NCBI RefSeq assembly: GCF_963921235.1
Contig: NC_086108.1
Span: 84,756,001 to 84,820,000, forward strand
Length of the DNA stretch: 64,000 bases
Origin: Mobula hypostoma
Lineage: Eukaryota
Direction of reading: 5' to 3'
In this document: positions 26,875 to 39,301 of the stretch, one piece after another
Layout: the number at the start of each line of letters is the position of its first letter
Position numbering within the stretch: position 1 is the first letter of the stretch
Notes under the pieces: generated by a model
Seen by the model: only the letters and a program-made list of their open reading frames with translations
What the model was told of the DNA's origin: nothing
The model's database searches: none
Translations under genes and position numbers: made by a program

Positions 26875-27240
26875 AAGATTTATTATCATTGTCTTTTGTG
26901 ACATGAAATTTGTTGTTTTGATGCAGCAGCATTAATGAAAAAACATGAAGTTACTATAAATTGCAAAATAAATAGTGCTAAAGAAAAAGAATAATGAGAT
27001 AATGTTTATGGTTCATTTAGAAATCTGAAGGCAGAGGGGAAAGGACCTGTTTCTGAATCTTTCAGTCTGGGTCCTCAGGGTCTTGTCCCTCCTCTCTGAT
27101 AGTGGTATTAAGTAGAGGGCACGTGTCCCAGATAGTGAGGGTCCTTAGTGGTGGATGCTGCCTTTTTGAAACAGCTCCTCTTGAAGGCATCCTTAAACGG
27201 TGGGGAGGGCTGTGTCCATGATGGAGCTGGCTGAGTCTAC
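26875..27240 (-). mobile_element. Rex1/Babar LINE 3' end
   Basis: Reverse complement of the Rex1-type 3' region seen at 36300-36710. Confidence 0.65.
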
Positions 27241-27345
27241 AGTCCCAACCACGCTTTGGAACGGAGAATAAAATTACATCTATGTAAATGAGTCTACAGT
27301 CCTAACCACGCTTTAGATTGGAGAATAAAATTACGTCTATGCAAA
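27232..27345. repeat. Tandem duplication, 2 x ~57 bp
   Basis: TGAGTCTACAGTCC(C/T)AACCACGCTTT...GGAGAATAAAATTAC.TCTATG.AAA starting at 27232 and 27289. Confidence 0.85.
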
Positions 27346-27359
27346 TCCCTGCAGTATCC

Positions 27360-28868
27360 TGTGAACCTGTGATCTCTGTCTCAGAACCAACATCAGAATA
27401 TCTTTCAAGATGGTGAACCCTTGCAAGACACAGGCCGTGATAGTGCACCTGGTAGAGCTCTGAAATCCTGTGCCAACTAACTGGCAGGAACGTTCAAGGA
27501 CACCTTCAATCTCTCACGGCTGCAGTTAGAGGTTCCCACTTGCTTCAAAAAGGCGACAATGATACCAGTGCCCAAGAGTAGGAGGGTGAGCTGCCTCAAC
27601 AACTAATGCCCAGTGGCACTCACATCTACTATGATGAAGTGGTTTGAGAGGTTGGTCATGGCCAGAATCAACTTCTGCTTAAGCAGGGACCTGGACCCAC
27701 TGCAATTTGCCAATCACCATAGTAGGTCTACAGTGGATGCAGTCTCACTGGCTCTCCTCTCAGCCTTGGATCTCCTGGACAATACTAATACCTACATCAG
27801 GCTGCTGTTAATTATTGACTACAGCTCAGCGTTCAACACAATCAGACCCTTAGTTCTAATCAACAAGCTCCAAAACCAGGGCCTCTGTACCATCCCCTCC
27901 ACAAATGGATCCTTGACTTCCTTATTGGGAGATCATGGTCATGCAAATCAGAAGTAACATCTCCTCCTCGTTGACAGTCAACATCAGCGGACCTCAGGGA
28001 TGCATGCTTAGCCCACTGCTCTTCTCACTTTACACAACAATTTTTGACAGAAATTCAGATGGTGATGAGGAGGTGCAGCGGAGAGCGACAGATCAGCTGG
28101 TTGAGTAGTGTCGCAGCAACAATCTTGTACTCAATGTCAGTAAGATTAAGGAATTGATTATAGACTTCTGGAAGAGGAAGCCAAGGGAACACGCACCAGT
28201 CTTCACCAAGGGATCAGAAGGGGTAAGGATGAACAGTTACAAGTTTCTGGGTGTCAACATCTCTGACGATCTTTCCTGGGACCAACACATTGATGTAATT
28301 ATAAAGGAGGAATGACAGTAGCTACATTTTATTTGGAGTTTGAGAAAAATTGGTATGCCAACAATGACACTTGCAAATTTCCACAGGTGCACTGAGGAGA
28401 GCATTCTAACTGGTTGTATCACTATTTGGTATGGAGGGACCACACCACAAGATTAAATAAAGCTGCAGGAAGTTGTAAACTCAGCCCGCTCCATCATGAG
28501 CACTATCCTCCCCAGGGTCCACTTAAAAAGATGATGCCCCAAGGCAGCGTCCATCAAGGACACCTGTCATGCAGGACATGCCCTCTTCTCATTGCTACCA
28601 TCAAGGTGGTGGTACAGGAGCCTGAAGACACACACAGTGTTTCAGGAACAGCTTCTACCCTTCTGCCAGCAGATTTCTGAATGGACAATAAACTCACGAA
28701 CACTCCCTCAGCTTTTTCTTCTCCTCTGTTTTTGCACAAATTATTTATTTTTTAAAACATATACCGTACTTCTTACTGTAATATATTTTTATTATTTACA
28801 ATGTACTGTTTCTGCAAAACAACAAATTTCATGACATATGCCAGTAATATTAGACCTGATTCTGATTC
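27360..28868 (+). mobile_element. Rex1/Babar LINE, 3' half, decayed
   Basis: ALTSTMMKWFERLV, LDPLQFA, DYSSAFNTI; (CTGATT)n tail at 28855-28868. Confidence 0.85.
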
Positions 28869-29995
28869 TTTTCAGTCTCTTGCAATTCAATGTATTTAAG
28901 TCTCCATACTAGGCTGTGATGCCTATTGGCAACCCCAATATCCAGTTGCAAATTGCCTATTCTCCAAAGAGCAGGGCCACCCATTGACTGCTGCCAATTG
29001 GCTGCCATCTGATTTCTGATAATCCTTTCCACACCTCTACCCACCGAGTCTCAGCAAATCTATCATTCAAAACCTGCAACCTAGCTCACATCCTCAGATC
29101 TCTTCCAGAAAACTTAGGGAGAATCTTCAGCTGTCAGTGTGGCAGGATATTGACAGACTGTGGTCTCCTGCAGGTGGGTTGGTGGTTTCCTGCATGTGGC
29201 ATATTGGCTGATTCTCCAATGAGAATTCAAGTACAGCACCTCACCCTATTGCTGACAACCCTCTGCATATCCTAAGAACTTGATATGTACAGGGCTCTCT
29301 CCCACATACGGTTTTCAAATTCAGATTATTCAGTTTTCCATGCTTTTAAAACTGTTTTCAAAACAGTTAGCATCTGAAGTATATGCAGACGTTATTGCAT
29401 AAAATTCATTAGGTTTTGCATTTCATTTCAAGTACTGAACATGGAGCTAAATGCACAATCAATAAACCTCCATTTTCTAACGGAAATGTAGTCCTGCCAC
29501 AGAATTGTGGCTTGACTGCAGAGTCAGTGAAAGAGGACAGTCCTTGTGGCAAGGCATATCACACTCAACTTTCCTTTACAGTATTGCCTCTCCATTCTCG
29601 TTGCTTTTTGAAAAAGATATAACTTTCAAATACTTGCTCAACCTTAAGAGACCCTAATGATAAAACTTTGAAGTGATCTTACTTCTTGTGAAAGACAAAA
29701 TTAAGAAGAACACATCTGCAATATTTTACTCCCAGAATCAAAGTGACAAGATATGAGATTATTTAAATACTGGCTATCTGTCTATTCTTGGTAACATTTG
29801 GCCTGGAAAAAATTCTAATGCATGAGAGCACAAGCAAAAGCGACACTGCTTAGTATACATGGAAATGTGTTCTGATGTCATTTGCACAGAAGTTTTGTTC
29901 GCATACCTTGTGCAAAGACACTTGTAATAATTTAAGAGATCCGAAATACATTTTCCCTCATCTGTCTAACTAGATTCCTGATTTTTTTGTGAATA

Positions 29996-30908
29996 CAGTC
30001 GGCCCTCCTTATCCGCGAGTTCCGCATGCGCGAATTCAACCAATCACGAATCAAGAAAACCCGGAAGGGCTCTTCCAGCACTTGTTGTTCAAACATGTAC
30101 AGACTTTTTTTTTGTCATTATTCCCTGAACAATGCAGTATAACAACTATTTTACATAGCATTTACATTGTATTAGGTATTATAAGTAATCTAGAGATGAT
30201 TTGAAGTATACGGGAGGAAGTGCGTAGGTTACTGTGGATCGGGATTAAAAAAAAACTGTAAGTTCTCTTACTAAGCAATTCGGAACAGGTACATCTGGTA
30301 TTATTTAGCACCGGTTAGTCAAACGTTTGTCTTAGTATACAGTATATATTTTACCTTTCTATGCATATAAAACACTTAAGAAACGTATGTTTCAGCGCCG
30401 GGCTCGGGAACGGAAATTCCCCAGTTCAATCCAGTGACAGACCGCTCCTGAGCCTGCTCTCCATCCGTGCCAGGTTGATGTGAAGGATCAAAAACCCAAA
30501 ACCCAATAATTAAACCACTGCGTTGCTTAGTAATAACTGTAGCTTTCATCGGGGCAGGGCTTTTCTCACTTACCCTTTAAAATTGTTCTGATCGTTGACC
30601 GACTGTAGCCTGACGCTTTTCCAATGACCGATGGCGTTTCACCTCTTTCCGATCGCTTTATTATTTCCACTTTATTTTAAATCGTGATCGTGATTATTTT
30701 CGTGAACAGAAACACTGCAGATTCAGAGCTCCGCCGCCGGGTCCTAATGTCCACCGCACTGAGACAGGTTAACTAAGGTCCAGGGCCCCGCTGGATCCTA
30801 AGGTCCACTGCATTTAGACAAGATGAATAAGGGACTTGAGCATCTGAGTTTTTTGGTATCCACGAGGGGTCCCGGAACCAATCCCTCGCGGATAAGGAGG
30901 GTCGACTG
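29996..30908 (-). mobile_element. MER2-like Tigger non-autonomous DNA transposon
   Basis: 24-bp TIRs CAGTCG(G/A)CCCTCCTTATCCGCGAG with TA on both sides; minus-strand HTH remnant NKVEIIKRSERGETPSVIGKASGYSRSTIRTILK. Confidence 0.9.
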
Positions 30909-30977
30909 TAGTTAAGCAGATGTCGTCTAAAGAACTTGTGTTGGATTCTAGCAAAAGGCTTGACAAAAACATACATG

Positions 30978-31104
30978 AGGAAATCTGCAGATGCTGGAAT
31001 TTCAAGCAACACACATAAAAGTTGCTGGTGAACGCAGCAGGCCAGGCAGCATCTCTAGGAGGACGTACAGTCGACGTTTCGGGCCGAGACCCTTCGTCAG
31101 GACT
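30978..31104 (-). mobile_element. 127-bp Penelope pLTR-derived insertion
   Basis: 14-bp TSD CAAAAACATACATG (30964-30977, 31105-31118); matches the end of the Penelope copy at 46678-46811. Confidence 0.88.
31068..31104 (-). ncRNA. Minimal type-I hammerhead ribozyme, intact core
   Basis: AGUC CUGACGA A GGG UCUCGG CCC GAAA C GUC^GACUG; stem I AGUC/GACU. Confidence 0.75.
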
Positions 31105-31999
31105 CAAAAACATACATGTCCTCTACTGGTGCTGCAACTTGGATGGATGGAAATTGGTCTTCAGTTGCTCACCTATAGAAATGATTGGCCTAGACTAAGC
31201 TGTCATTTACCAATATTCAGCTGAAGATTTCAATTTCTGACATTCAGAAGTTTTCTCTTTGCAATTTCAAATAATTTTCTTATTAATTTCTTCCACTTCC
31301 ACCTCTTCCAGATCAATCTTTTATTTCTTTGCTAATCTCTTTGCCATTCTATTTCACTTTGTACTGCCAAAAATTTTGACATTTAATGTCTCCTTCATAG
31401 CTTGCATTCAGAGACATTAGTTTTTCTTCACCCTTTCCCCTTTCTCACATTCGATCTATAGTAAAACTCTTATTTTGTCACACATGCTGCCTAGCAGAGC
31501 TGAGCACTTCCAGTATTTTCAGCTTTCATTCAAACTTCCAGCAATTGCAGTGCTTTGCTCTTGCACTAATAAACTGTGCAGTTTCGGGTAAAGAAATAGT
31601 TTGCCTGACCATATGAATCAAATTATGACATTTTAAACTCAATTGCAGCTACACTATTAAACTAGTAATGCAATGTTCTTGCTCATTATGATGATCCAAA
31701 TATAGTTATAACTTGGGGATTACTTTGAAACTTCATTATTTGCATGAACAGCTAATCTTGAGATATAGAAGAAAATGAAGTTATTTGGGAATCCTTTTTT
31801 TTATCTGACAAAGGAACAGTGGAATTGAACATCAAGTTTTAGGGCTCTGGTTCATTTTGCAGCAAACACTGTGAAGGAAACCTGATCAATTTCTACATCT
31901 TGATTTGGAAAAGTTTCCAAAACTAAGGCAGTTAGCCAAGTTTTTTTTTAGGCATTCATGTTCAAACATTCTATTTCAATGCTGAATATTAACAATATA

Positions 32000-33464
32000 C
32001 AGGTGTCCCCCACTTTTCGAACGTTAGCTTTATGAAACCTCACTGTTACGAAAAAAATCATGCATGCAATAAAAGGCAGCGCGTGCCCCGAGAAGCCACT
32101 CTCCTCCGGATTTGTAACTGCAATCTCGCCGGCATTGCTTAAACATGTGCCTGTGAGCAGCCGTTTGCAAGATGAGTTCTATGGTATAGGAAAAGCCTGA
32201 AAGAGCTTGTAAGGGTATTACACTTAGCGTAAAACTAGATATAATTAAGCATTTCGATTGTGGTGAACGAAGTAAGGACAAAGTGAGTTTGGCTTGTGGA
32301 AGCTGATGAAGGTGATGTTGAAGAGGTTTTGGCATCCCATGACCAAGATCTGATAGATGAAGAGCTGATGCAATTGGAAGAGGAAAGGATAACAATCGAA
32401 ACCGAATGAGTAATGATAAAGTACGACTTTAATTTTGAAAGGGTACGTCGTTTTGGGGAAATTTGCAGGATGGTTTGAGTGCTTACAAAGAACTGTATGA
32501 TAGAAAAATGTGTGAGGCTCAGCAGTCAAGCAAGCCTTCCACATCAGCCACAGCAGACAACAAATCTCAACCTTCGACATCGAGGCAGGCAGTCATAGGA
32601 GAAGATGAGCTGCCTGCTCTAATGGAAACAGACGACGAGATGACACCCCAGTGTCCCACCACCCCAACGCCCAGGCCGCGGACAGATACCGATTCGCGGA
32701 GAATGCAGCAGTAGCTGGGAGACACACAGCACATCTTTAAGAAAAAATCCGAAATAAACATGCTAATTAATTAGGTGCCGCCCGACACGTAATTAATTAG
32801 CATGTTTATTTCGGCTTTTTTCTTAAAGATGTGCTGTGTGCCTCCCGGCTACCGCTGCATGCTTCGTGGATCGGTATTGGTTTGCTGCCCGGAGGGTGGG
32901 GCCCACTGCACCACCCAAAGTCCGACGACTCAGTCTAACACACCATCATCAGTGTGCTCCGCGCCTTCTTCCCAATTCCGGTAAGTGACTCTACACCGTA
33001 CATACATTATTTCTACTTTATATCGGCTGTGTATTTTTATGTGTTATTTGGTATGATTTGGCTGCTTCATAGCTTAAAGGTTATTGGAGAGCGCTTGCGC
33101 CGTGTTTTTGCCGACGGCACTTGCGTGAGATTTTCGCTACGGAGAACAGTTCAGGCAATGATTGTGGAAAAGTATTTCTACTTTATATAAGCTGTGTATT
33201 TATAAGCTGTAATTACCTAATTTCCCCCGGGATCAATAAAGTATAACTATAACTTATCATATCATTCCTGCTTTTAATATATGTTACTGTTATTTTAGGT
33301 TTTATGTGTTATTTGGCATGATTTGGTAGGTTATTTTTGGGTCTGCGAACGCTCACAAAATTTTCCCAAATAATTAAATGGTAATTGCTTCTTCGCTTTA
33401 TGACATTCCGGCTTACGAACCGTTTCATAGGAACGCCCTACCTTCGGATGGCGGGGCAAACCTG
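32000..33464 (+). mobile_element. Tigger-like element with central palindrome, copy 3
   Basis: TA-CAGGTGTCCCCC...GGGGCAAACCTG-TA; hairpin centre partly deleted; small LINE-tail insertion at about 33203-33253. Confidence 0.88.
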
Positions 33465-33619
33465 TACAATCTGATCATAGGTAATAATCTTGGAGCAAAA
33501 ATGTGTTTGGCAATGTTGAAAATAAATTTAGATGTTGTCATGGTTGTCTCCTAGAAACAAAGCTACATGTCACATTAATTCTCACAAAGCATTCACTGAT
33601 AAATTTGTATTGTCTTCAG

Positions 33620-36600
33620 TATTTCCAGGGTGCCAAGGCGTGACTCGAGTAGCAGCAGTACTCTCAATGGATACGATTAAATATTCCCATTTCAGCTTGA
33701 TACAGCTAAAAAGCAGAACTGCTTCCAAGGTCAGTCCAGTCATCAAAGATGTTTTAATGCGTTTAGATGAACTATTGCTGCTTAAAACCAACAGAAACAA
33801 CACAGATTGTGGTCGGAAGTGCCCTCGGAGGACACCTCGGAGGAAGCGCGGGTGTAGATCAGGATTACAAGTGCACTTAAGGAAACAGGGTTTTAAACTC
33901 CCTATACCGACTATCTTGTTGGTGAACGTGCAGTTTCTGATATATAAAATCGATGCTCTCAGAGCCATGGTGCTGAATCAGAGGGACATTAGGACTGCTT
34001 GTGTCCTTTGTTTCACGGAATCCTGGTTAACCCCTTCCATACCAGATGCAGCAATCCAGATCGATGGGCTTACTATGCACCATCAGGATAGATCTATAGA
34101 GCCTCTCAAAAGCAGAGGTAGAAAAGTATGCTTCATGATCAACTCTTCTTGGTGCACAAATATATCAGTACTTTCCCAATTCTGCTCACCAGACCGGGAA
34201 TATCTAGCAGTAAAGTGCCATCCTTTTTACCTACCATGGGAGTTATCTCGGGTCATTTTAGTAGCAGTTTACATTCCACCTCAGGCCAATATCAAACAGG
34301 CTTTAGGTGATCTGAGTAATAGGATCAACATGCACGAAACAGCATACCCTAACATCTTCACCATCGTTTTGGGAGATTTTAACCAGGCAAGTCTGAAAAA
34401 AAATCACTGAGCAACAACCATCAACAGATCACTTGCAATACCAGAGGAAACAACACACTGGACCATTGCTACACCACCATCAAGAATGCCTACCGTGCTA
34501 TTCCACGCCCTCACTTCAGGAAGTCTGATCGCCTGGCTGTACTTCTACTCTCTGAGTATAGGCAGAGACTGAAGACTGCAGCAACAGCAGTGAGGACCAA
34601 GAAGGTATGGACAAGGGAAGCGCTAGAGCGCCTACAGGACTGCTTTGAATTGGCGGACTGGTCTGTATTCAAGGTTTCATCTTCGAACCTGGATGAGTAT
34701 GCTGCAGTTGATACTGACTTCACTAAAACCTGTGTGGATGAGTGTGGGCCCACAAAAACTTACTGTACATTCCCAAACCAAAAGCCATGGATGAATCAGG
34801 AGGTACGTCATCTGCTGAAGGCATTCAAGTCTGGTGACCCAGGCCTGTACCAGAAAACCAGGTATGATTTGCAAAGGGCTATTTCAAGGGCGAAGAGACA
34901 ATTTGAACAAAGTTGGAGGCGACATCGGATCCACAGCAACTCTGGCAGAGTCTGCAAGACATTACTTCCTACAAAGCGAAACCCAATAGCATGAATGGCA
35001 GCGATGCTTCACTACCAGATAAACTGAATGCCTTCTATGCACGCTTTGAAAGGGAGAACACAAATACAGCTGTGAAGATCCCTGCTGCACCTGGTGACTC
35101 TGTGATCTCCATCTCAGAGGCCGATGATAGGCTGTCTTCACAGAGAGTGAACCCTCGCAAGGAGGAAGGTCCTGATGAGTACCTGGTAAGGCTCTGAAAA
35201 CCTGTGCCAACCAACTGGTGGGAGTATTAAAGGACATTTTCAACCTCTTACTGCTATGCACAGAAGTTCCCACTTGCTTCAAAAAGGCAACAATTATACT
35301 AGTGCCTAAGAAGAATAATGTGAGCTGCCTTAATGACTATCACCCGGTAGCACTCACATCAACAGTGGTGAAATGCTTTGAAAGGTTGGTCATGACTAGA
35401 CTGAACTCCTGCCTCAGCAAGGATTTGTCCCCATTGCAATTTGCCTATCACCACAATAGGTCAATGCCAGACGAAATCTCAATGGCTCTCCACACAGCTT
35501 TAGACTACCTAGACAACATAAACACCTACGACAGGATGCTGTTCATCAACTATAGGTCAGCATTTAATACCATCATTCCTACAATCCTGATTGAGAAGGT
35601 GCAGAACCTGGGCCTCCGTACCTCCCTCTGCAATTGGATCCTCGACTTCCTAACTGGAAGACCACATTCTGTTCCGATTGGTGATAACATATCCTCCGTG
35701 TTGTCAAACAACACAGGTGCACCTTAGGGGTGTGTGCTTAGCCCACTGCTTTACTTTCTATATATACATTTCTGTGTGGCTAGGCGTAGCTCAAATACCA
35801 TCTATAAATTTGCTGACGATACAACCATTGTTGGTAGAATCTCAGGTGGTGACGAGAGGGCATACAGGAGTGAAATATGCCAACTAGTGGAGTGGTGCCG
35901 CAGCATCAGCCTGGCACTCAACGTCAGTAAGACAAAAGAGCTGATTGTGGACTTCAGGAAGGGCAAGATGAAGGAACACATACCAATCCTCATAGAGGGA
36001 TCAGAAGTGGAGGGAGTGAGCAGCTTCAAGTTCCTGGGTGTCAAGACCTCTGAGGATCTAACCTGGCCCCAACTTATTGATGAAGCTATAAAGAAGTCAA
36101 GGCAGCGGCTATACTTTATTAGGAGTTTGAAGAGATTTGGCATGTCAACAAATACTCAAAAATTTCAATAGTTGTACTGTGGAGAGCATTCTGACAGGCT
36201 ACATCACTGTCTGGTATGGAGGGGCTACTACACAAGACTGAAAGAAGCTGCAGAAGGTTGTAAATCCTAGTCAGCTCCACCTTGGGTACTGGTTTACAAA
36301 GTACCCAGGATATCTTCAAGGAGCAGTGTCTCAGAAAGGCAGCATCCATTATCAAGGACCTCCAGCACCCTGGGCATACCCTTTTCTCACTGTTACCATC
36401 AGGTAGGAGATATAGAAGCTTGAAGGCACACACTCAGCGATTCAGGAACAGCTTCTTCCCCTCTGCCATCCAATTCCTAAATGGACATTGAATCTTTGGA
36501 CACCACCTCACTTTTTAAAAAATATACAGTATTTCTGTTTTTGCATGTCTTCCCCCAATCTATTCAATATATGCAACTGTTTTACTTGTTTATTTATCAT

Positions 36601-36717
36601 TATTATTATTTTTATTTTATTTTTCTCTGCTAGATTATGTATTGCATTGAATGGCTGCTGCTAAGGTAACAAATTTCATGTCACATGCCGGTGATAATAA
36701 ACCTGATTCTGATTGAT
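33620..36717 (+). mobile_element. Rex1/Babar LINE, near full length, frameshifted (APE endonuclease and RT)
   Basis: RKRGCRSG, LCFTESWL, VYIPPQA, GDFNQ; ALTSTVVKCFERLV, SAFNTIIP, KFADDTT, LNVSKTKELIVDFRK; (CTGATT)n tail. 5' boundary approximate. Confidence 0.9.
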
Positions 36718-36927
36718 TGGTGAACGCAGCAGGCCAAGCAGCATCTGTAGGAAGAGGTGCAGTCGACGTTTCAGGCCGAGACCCTTCGTCAGGACTCCTG
36801 ACAAAGGGTCTCGGCCTGAAACGTCGACTGCACCTCTTCCTACAGATGCTGCTTGGCCTGCTGCGTTCACCAGCAACTTTGATGTATGTTGCTTGAATTT
36901 CCAGCATCTGCAGAATTCCTGTTGTTT
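36718..36927. mobile_element. Inverted (palindromic) Penelope pLTR insertion
   Basis: 77-bp arms 36718-36794 and 36796-36872 with one mismatch; 15-bp TSD CTGATTCTGATTGAT (36703-36717, 36928-36942). Confidence 0.9.
36760..36796 (-). ncRNA. Minimal hammerhead ribozyme, intact core; the + strand mirror copy has CUGACAA
   Basis: AGUC CUGACGA AGG GUCUCGG CCU GAAA C GUC^GACUG. Confidence 0.72.
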
Positions 36928-39301
36928 CTGATTCTGATTGATATTACTTTCATTATTAAAAAATCCTTTTAATTTGCAAAGTAGTGAATATTTTAAATGA
37001 AAATCAAAGTCAAACTAGTTGGAGGTTGCTAAGGGATGTAGAATTATTTCAAAAAAATTATCATGCAAAAATAAAAATATCAGTTATAATTCAGAAAGAA
37101 AAAAACTAAATTTTGCATCTAAATTTTAATCTCAGCATTGTTTTCTCGAAAAAAAATTATCGTGTAATTCTTTGTAACAATATAAATAGAAACTGGAGTG
37201 TTATTTACTTCTTGTATTTATGCCTCCATCTATATAACTTCAAATAACTTTGGTTATGCTTTGTCAAAATTTGGGTTGTTGATCTGCACCTCTACTTCCC
37301 CAAAATAAATATTTAAAGAATATAATTCTGAAGGTGTAGATCAAAGATATCTTTAACTCTGGCAGCTGTTTTTGTAAGTATTTGAATTTCCAACAGCAGG
37401 TGCAGAAATGATTTAGTAGAATGGTTCTAGGAATGATGCAGTTAATTTACAGTGGTAAAGAAGCTTTAGTTATTCTCTTTACAGGAACAGTGCACAACTT
37501 CATTCGAGGGAGAGCCAGATAGGCCACCTGAATCATTTTGGAGGACTAAGCACATGAAAAGCTACATTACTGTGTATTCAAGTACTGATATTTTTAGCTT
37601 CATACACAAAGACACATATTGTACAGCTTATTAATAGTGTTGTTTTGCTTCAGATTGCTAGTAAACAAAATGATACTAGTAATGATTTTGCTTTAATTGC
37701 AGAAAGCTGTGATTGGGACTTTTTTGTGTTTGACAGCATAATTTGCTTGAAAACATTTTTAATGCTTGTGACTGTCCTAGGCTTTCCTTAGCTATTTGGG
37801 ATTTTGGTTCATTCAGCACTTAATTATTAATTTTAAAATATAAACCACTTTATATACCAATCATTTTTAGGTAGCGTTTATTAAGTTAGTAATGCATATT
37901 TCTTTTATAAAAACTCCTTTCACATTCTTCATCTTTAGTCTCTCTCTGAGTTATATTTAGCCCCTTGCATCTATTTTTTTTATTGAAAAATCATCCAAAT
38001 CTTCATTTGAATTAGGATTAATTTTCTTTCACGGAAATCCATTTCACATATTTGGAACAAGGGGCTGGAAGAAGATACTGGTATTTTTAATTACGTGAAT
38101 TTTTAAATTTTCTATAGAAACACCTGCATTTTATTGCTTACGTTCAGATACCATGTACAAGCTGTATTTCAATGAATTCCAGTTAAATGTTTTATCTTAA
38201 TATCCAACACAGTGAGTGTCATATTGTTGCATTCAAAATAATCCATTTCTACCTGCGTGTCTATATAGAGTGATGCAGTTTCTAACTGGACAAGTTTATT
38301 TACTCCTTCCACTCCCACCAGCTCCCACAACATCCATCATTCGAAATTGATTAGATTTTAGATAATCATACTTCTGGTTCGATAAGAAAAATTCAAACTG
38401 TTAATCATACATGGAGAAGTAATTTAGAACTGCGACAGGACCAGAAATTACTTAATTTACAGTTTTCTATTACCCGTACTTCAGAGGCGACCAGTACTTT
38501 GAACTTCATTGCATGCACGATATCTCAATTGAGAAACAACTTTTCCTTTGGGGAGGAGGGGGCACTGATACTGGAAAGGAGCTTTAAAATAAAACCTGCT
38601 CCTTCTTGCCATCAATTCCATTTGTCTTCCATTTCACACTGGTTCTGTGTGCTGGGTGTTACCATTATTACCGGTATGCAGGTATTGCCTTGTGGGACTC
38701 CACTTTAACAGAACTGAAGGAGTACAATGGAAAACTGTACTTGCAAACCTAGGTCTCCACATGTTGAGAAGGTGATCCTAAATGGCCTCAAAATTACAGT
38801 TCATTGGGCCATCGGTTAACTTAGGCAGCTACTTATTTGGGACCAACTTTAAAGAACAAAAAGTAACTGAAAAAAATAGCCAGGATTCCCTTTGTTTATT
38901 TGGGACACTATGCTGCTTAATTGTGACAGGAGACTGTTGCAAACAGTTTCTCACTAGCGTCAGACACTTTCACATGTGGCCATTAACCACCACACTGTGC
39001 TTAAAGCAAACTTCTGAAATAGTCTCAGTTGTGTGTGTTTGTGTTCAAAAAGCAGTGATTTTTGTCACTAATAGTTGGCGAGAAATAAGCAGTAAGATCA
39101 TTCAGAACTGTTCTGCTCCCTGCAGTTTCATGCATTCAAGCTTGGAGATGCCAAAAGCAGTTGGGAGTACAAATGAAACTATTTTACTGCTTCGACAATT
39201 CAGGAATCATGGACATTTGAAGGTACTAGCAATCATCTTGAATGTTCCAATGAAAATGAAGATTGGAGAATGCAATTGTCAAAAGCATTGTATGAAGGAA
39301 G

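Noticed and set aside
29900..29935. Possible PTPRF exon ending ...SLHK|gtatgc on the minus strand
   Set aside because: The upstream translation does not match; the real exon is 22131-22250.
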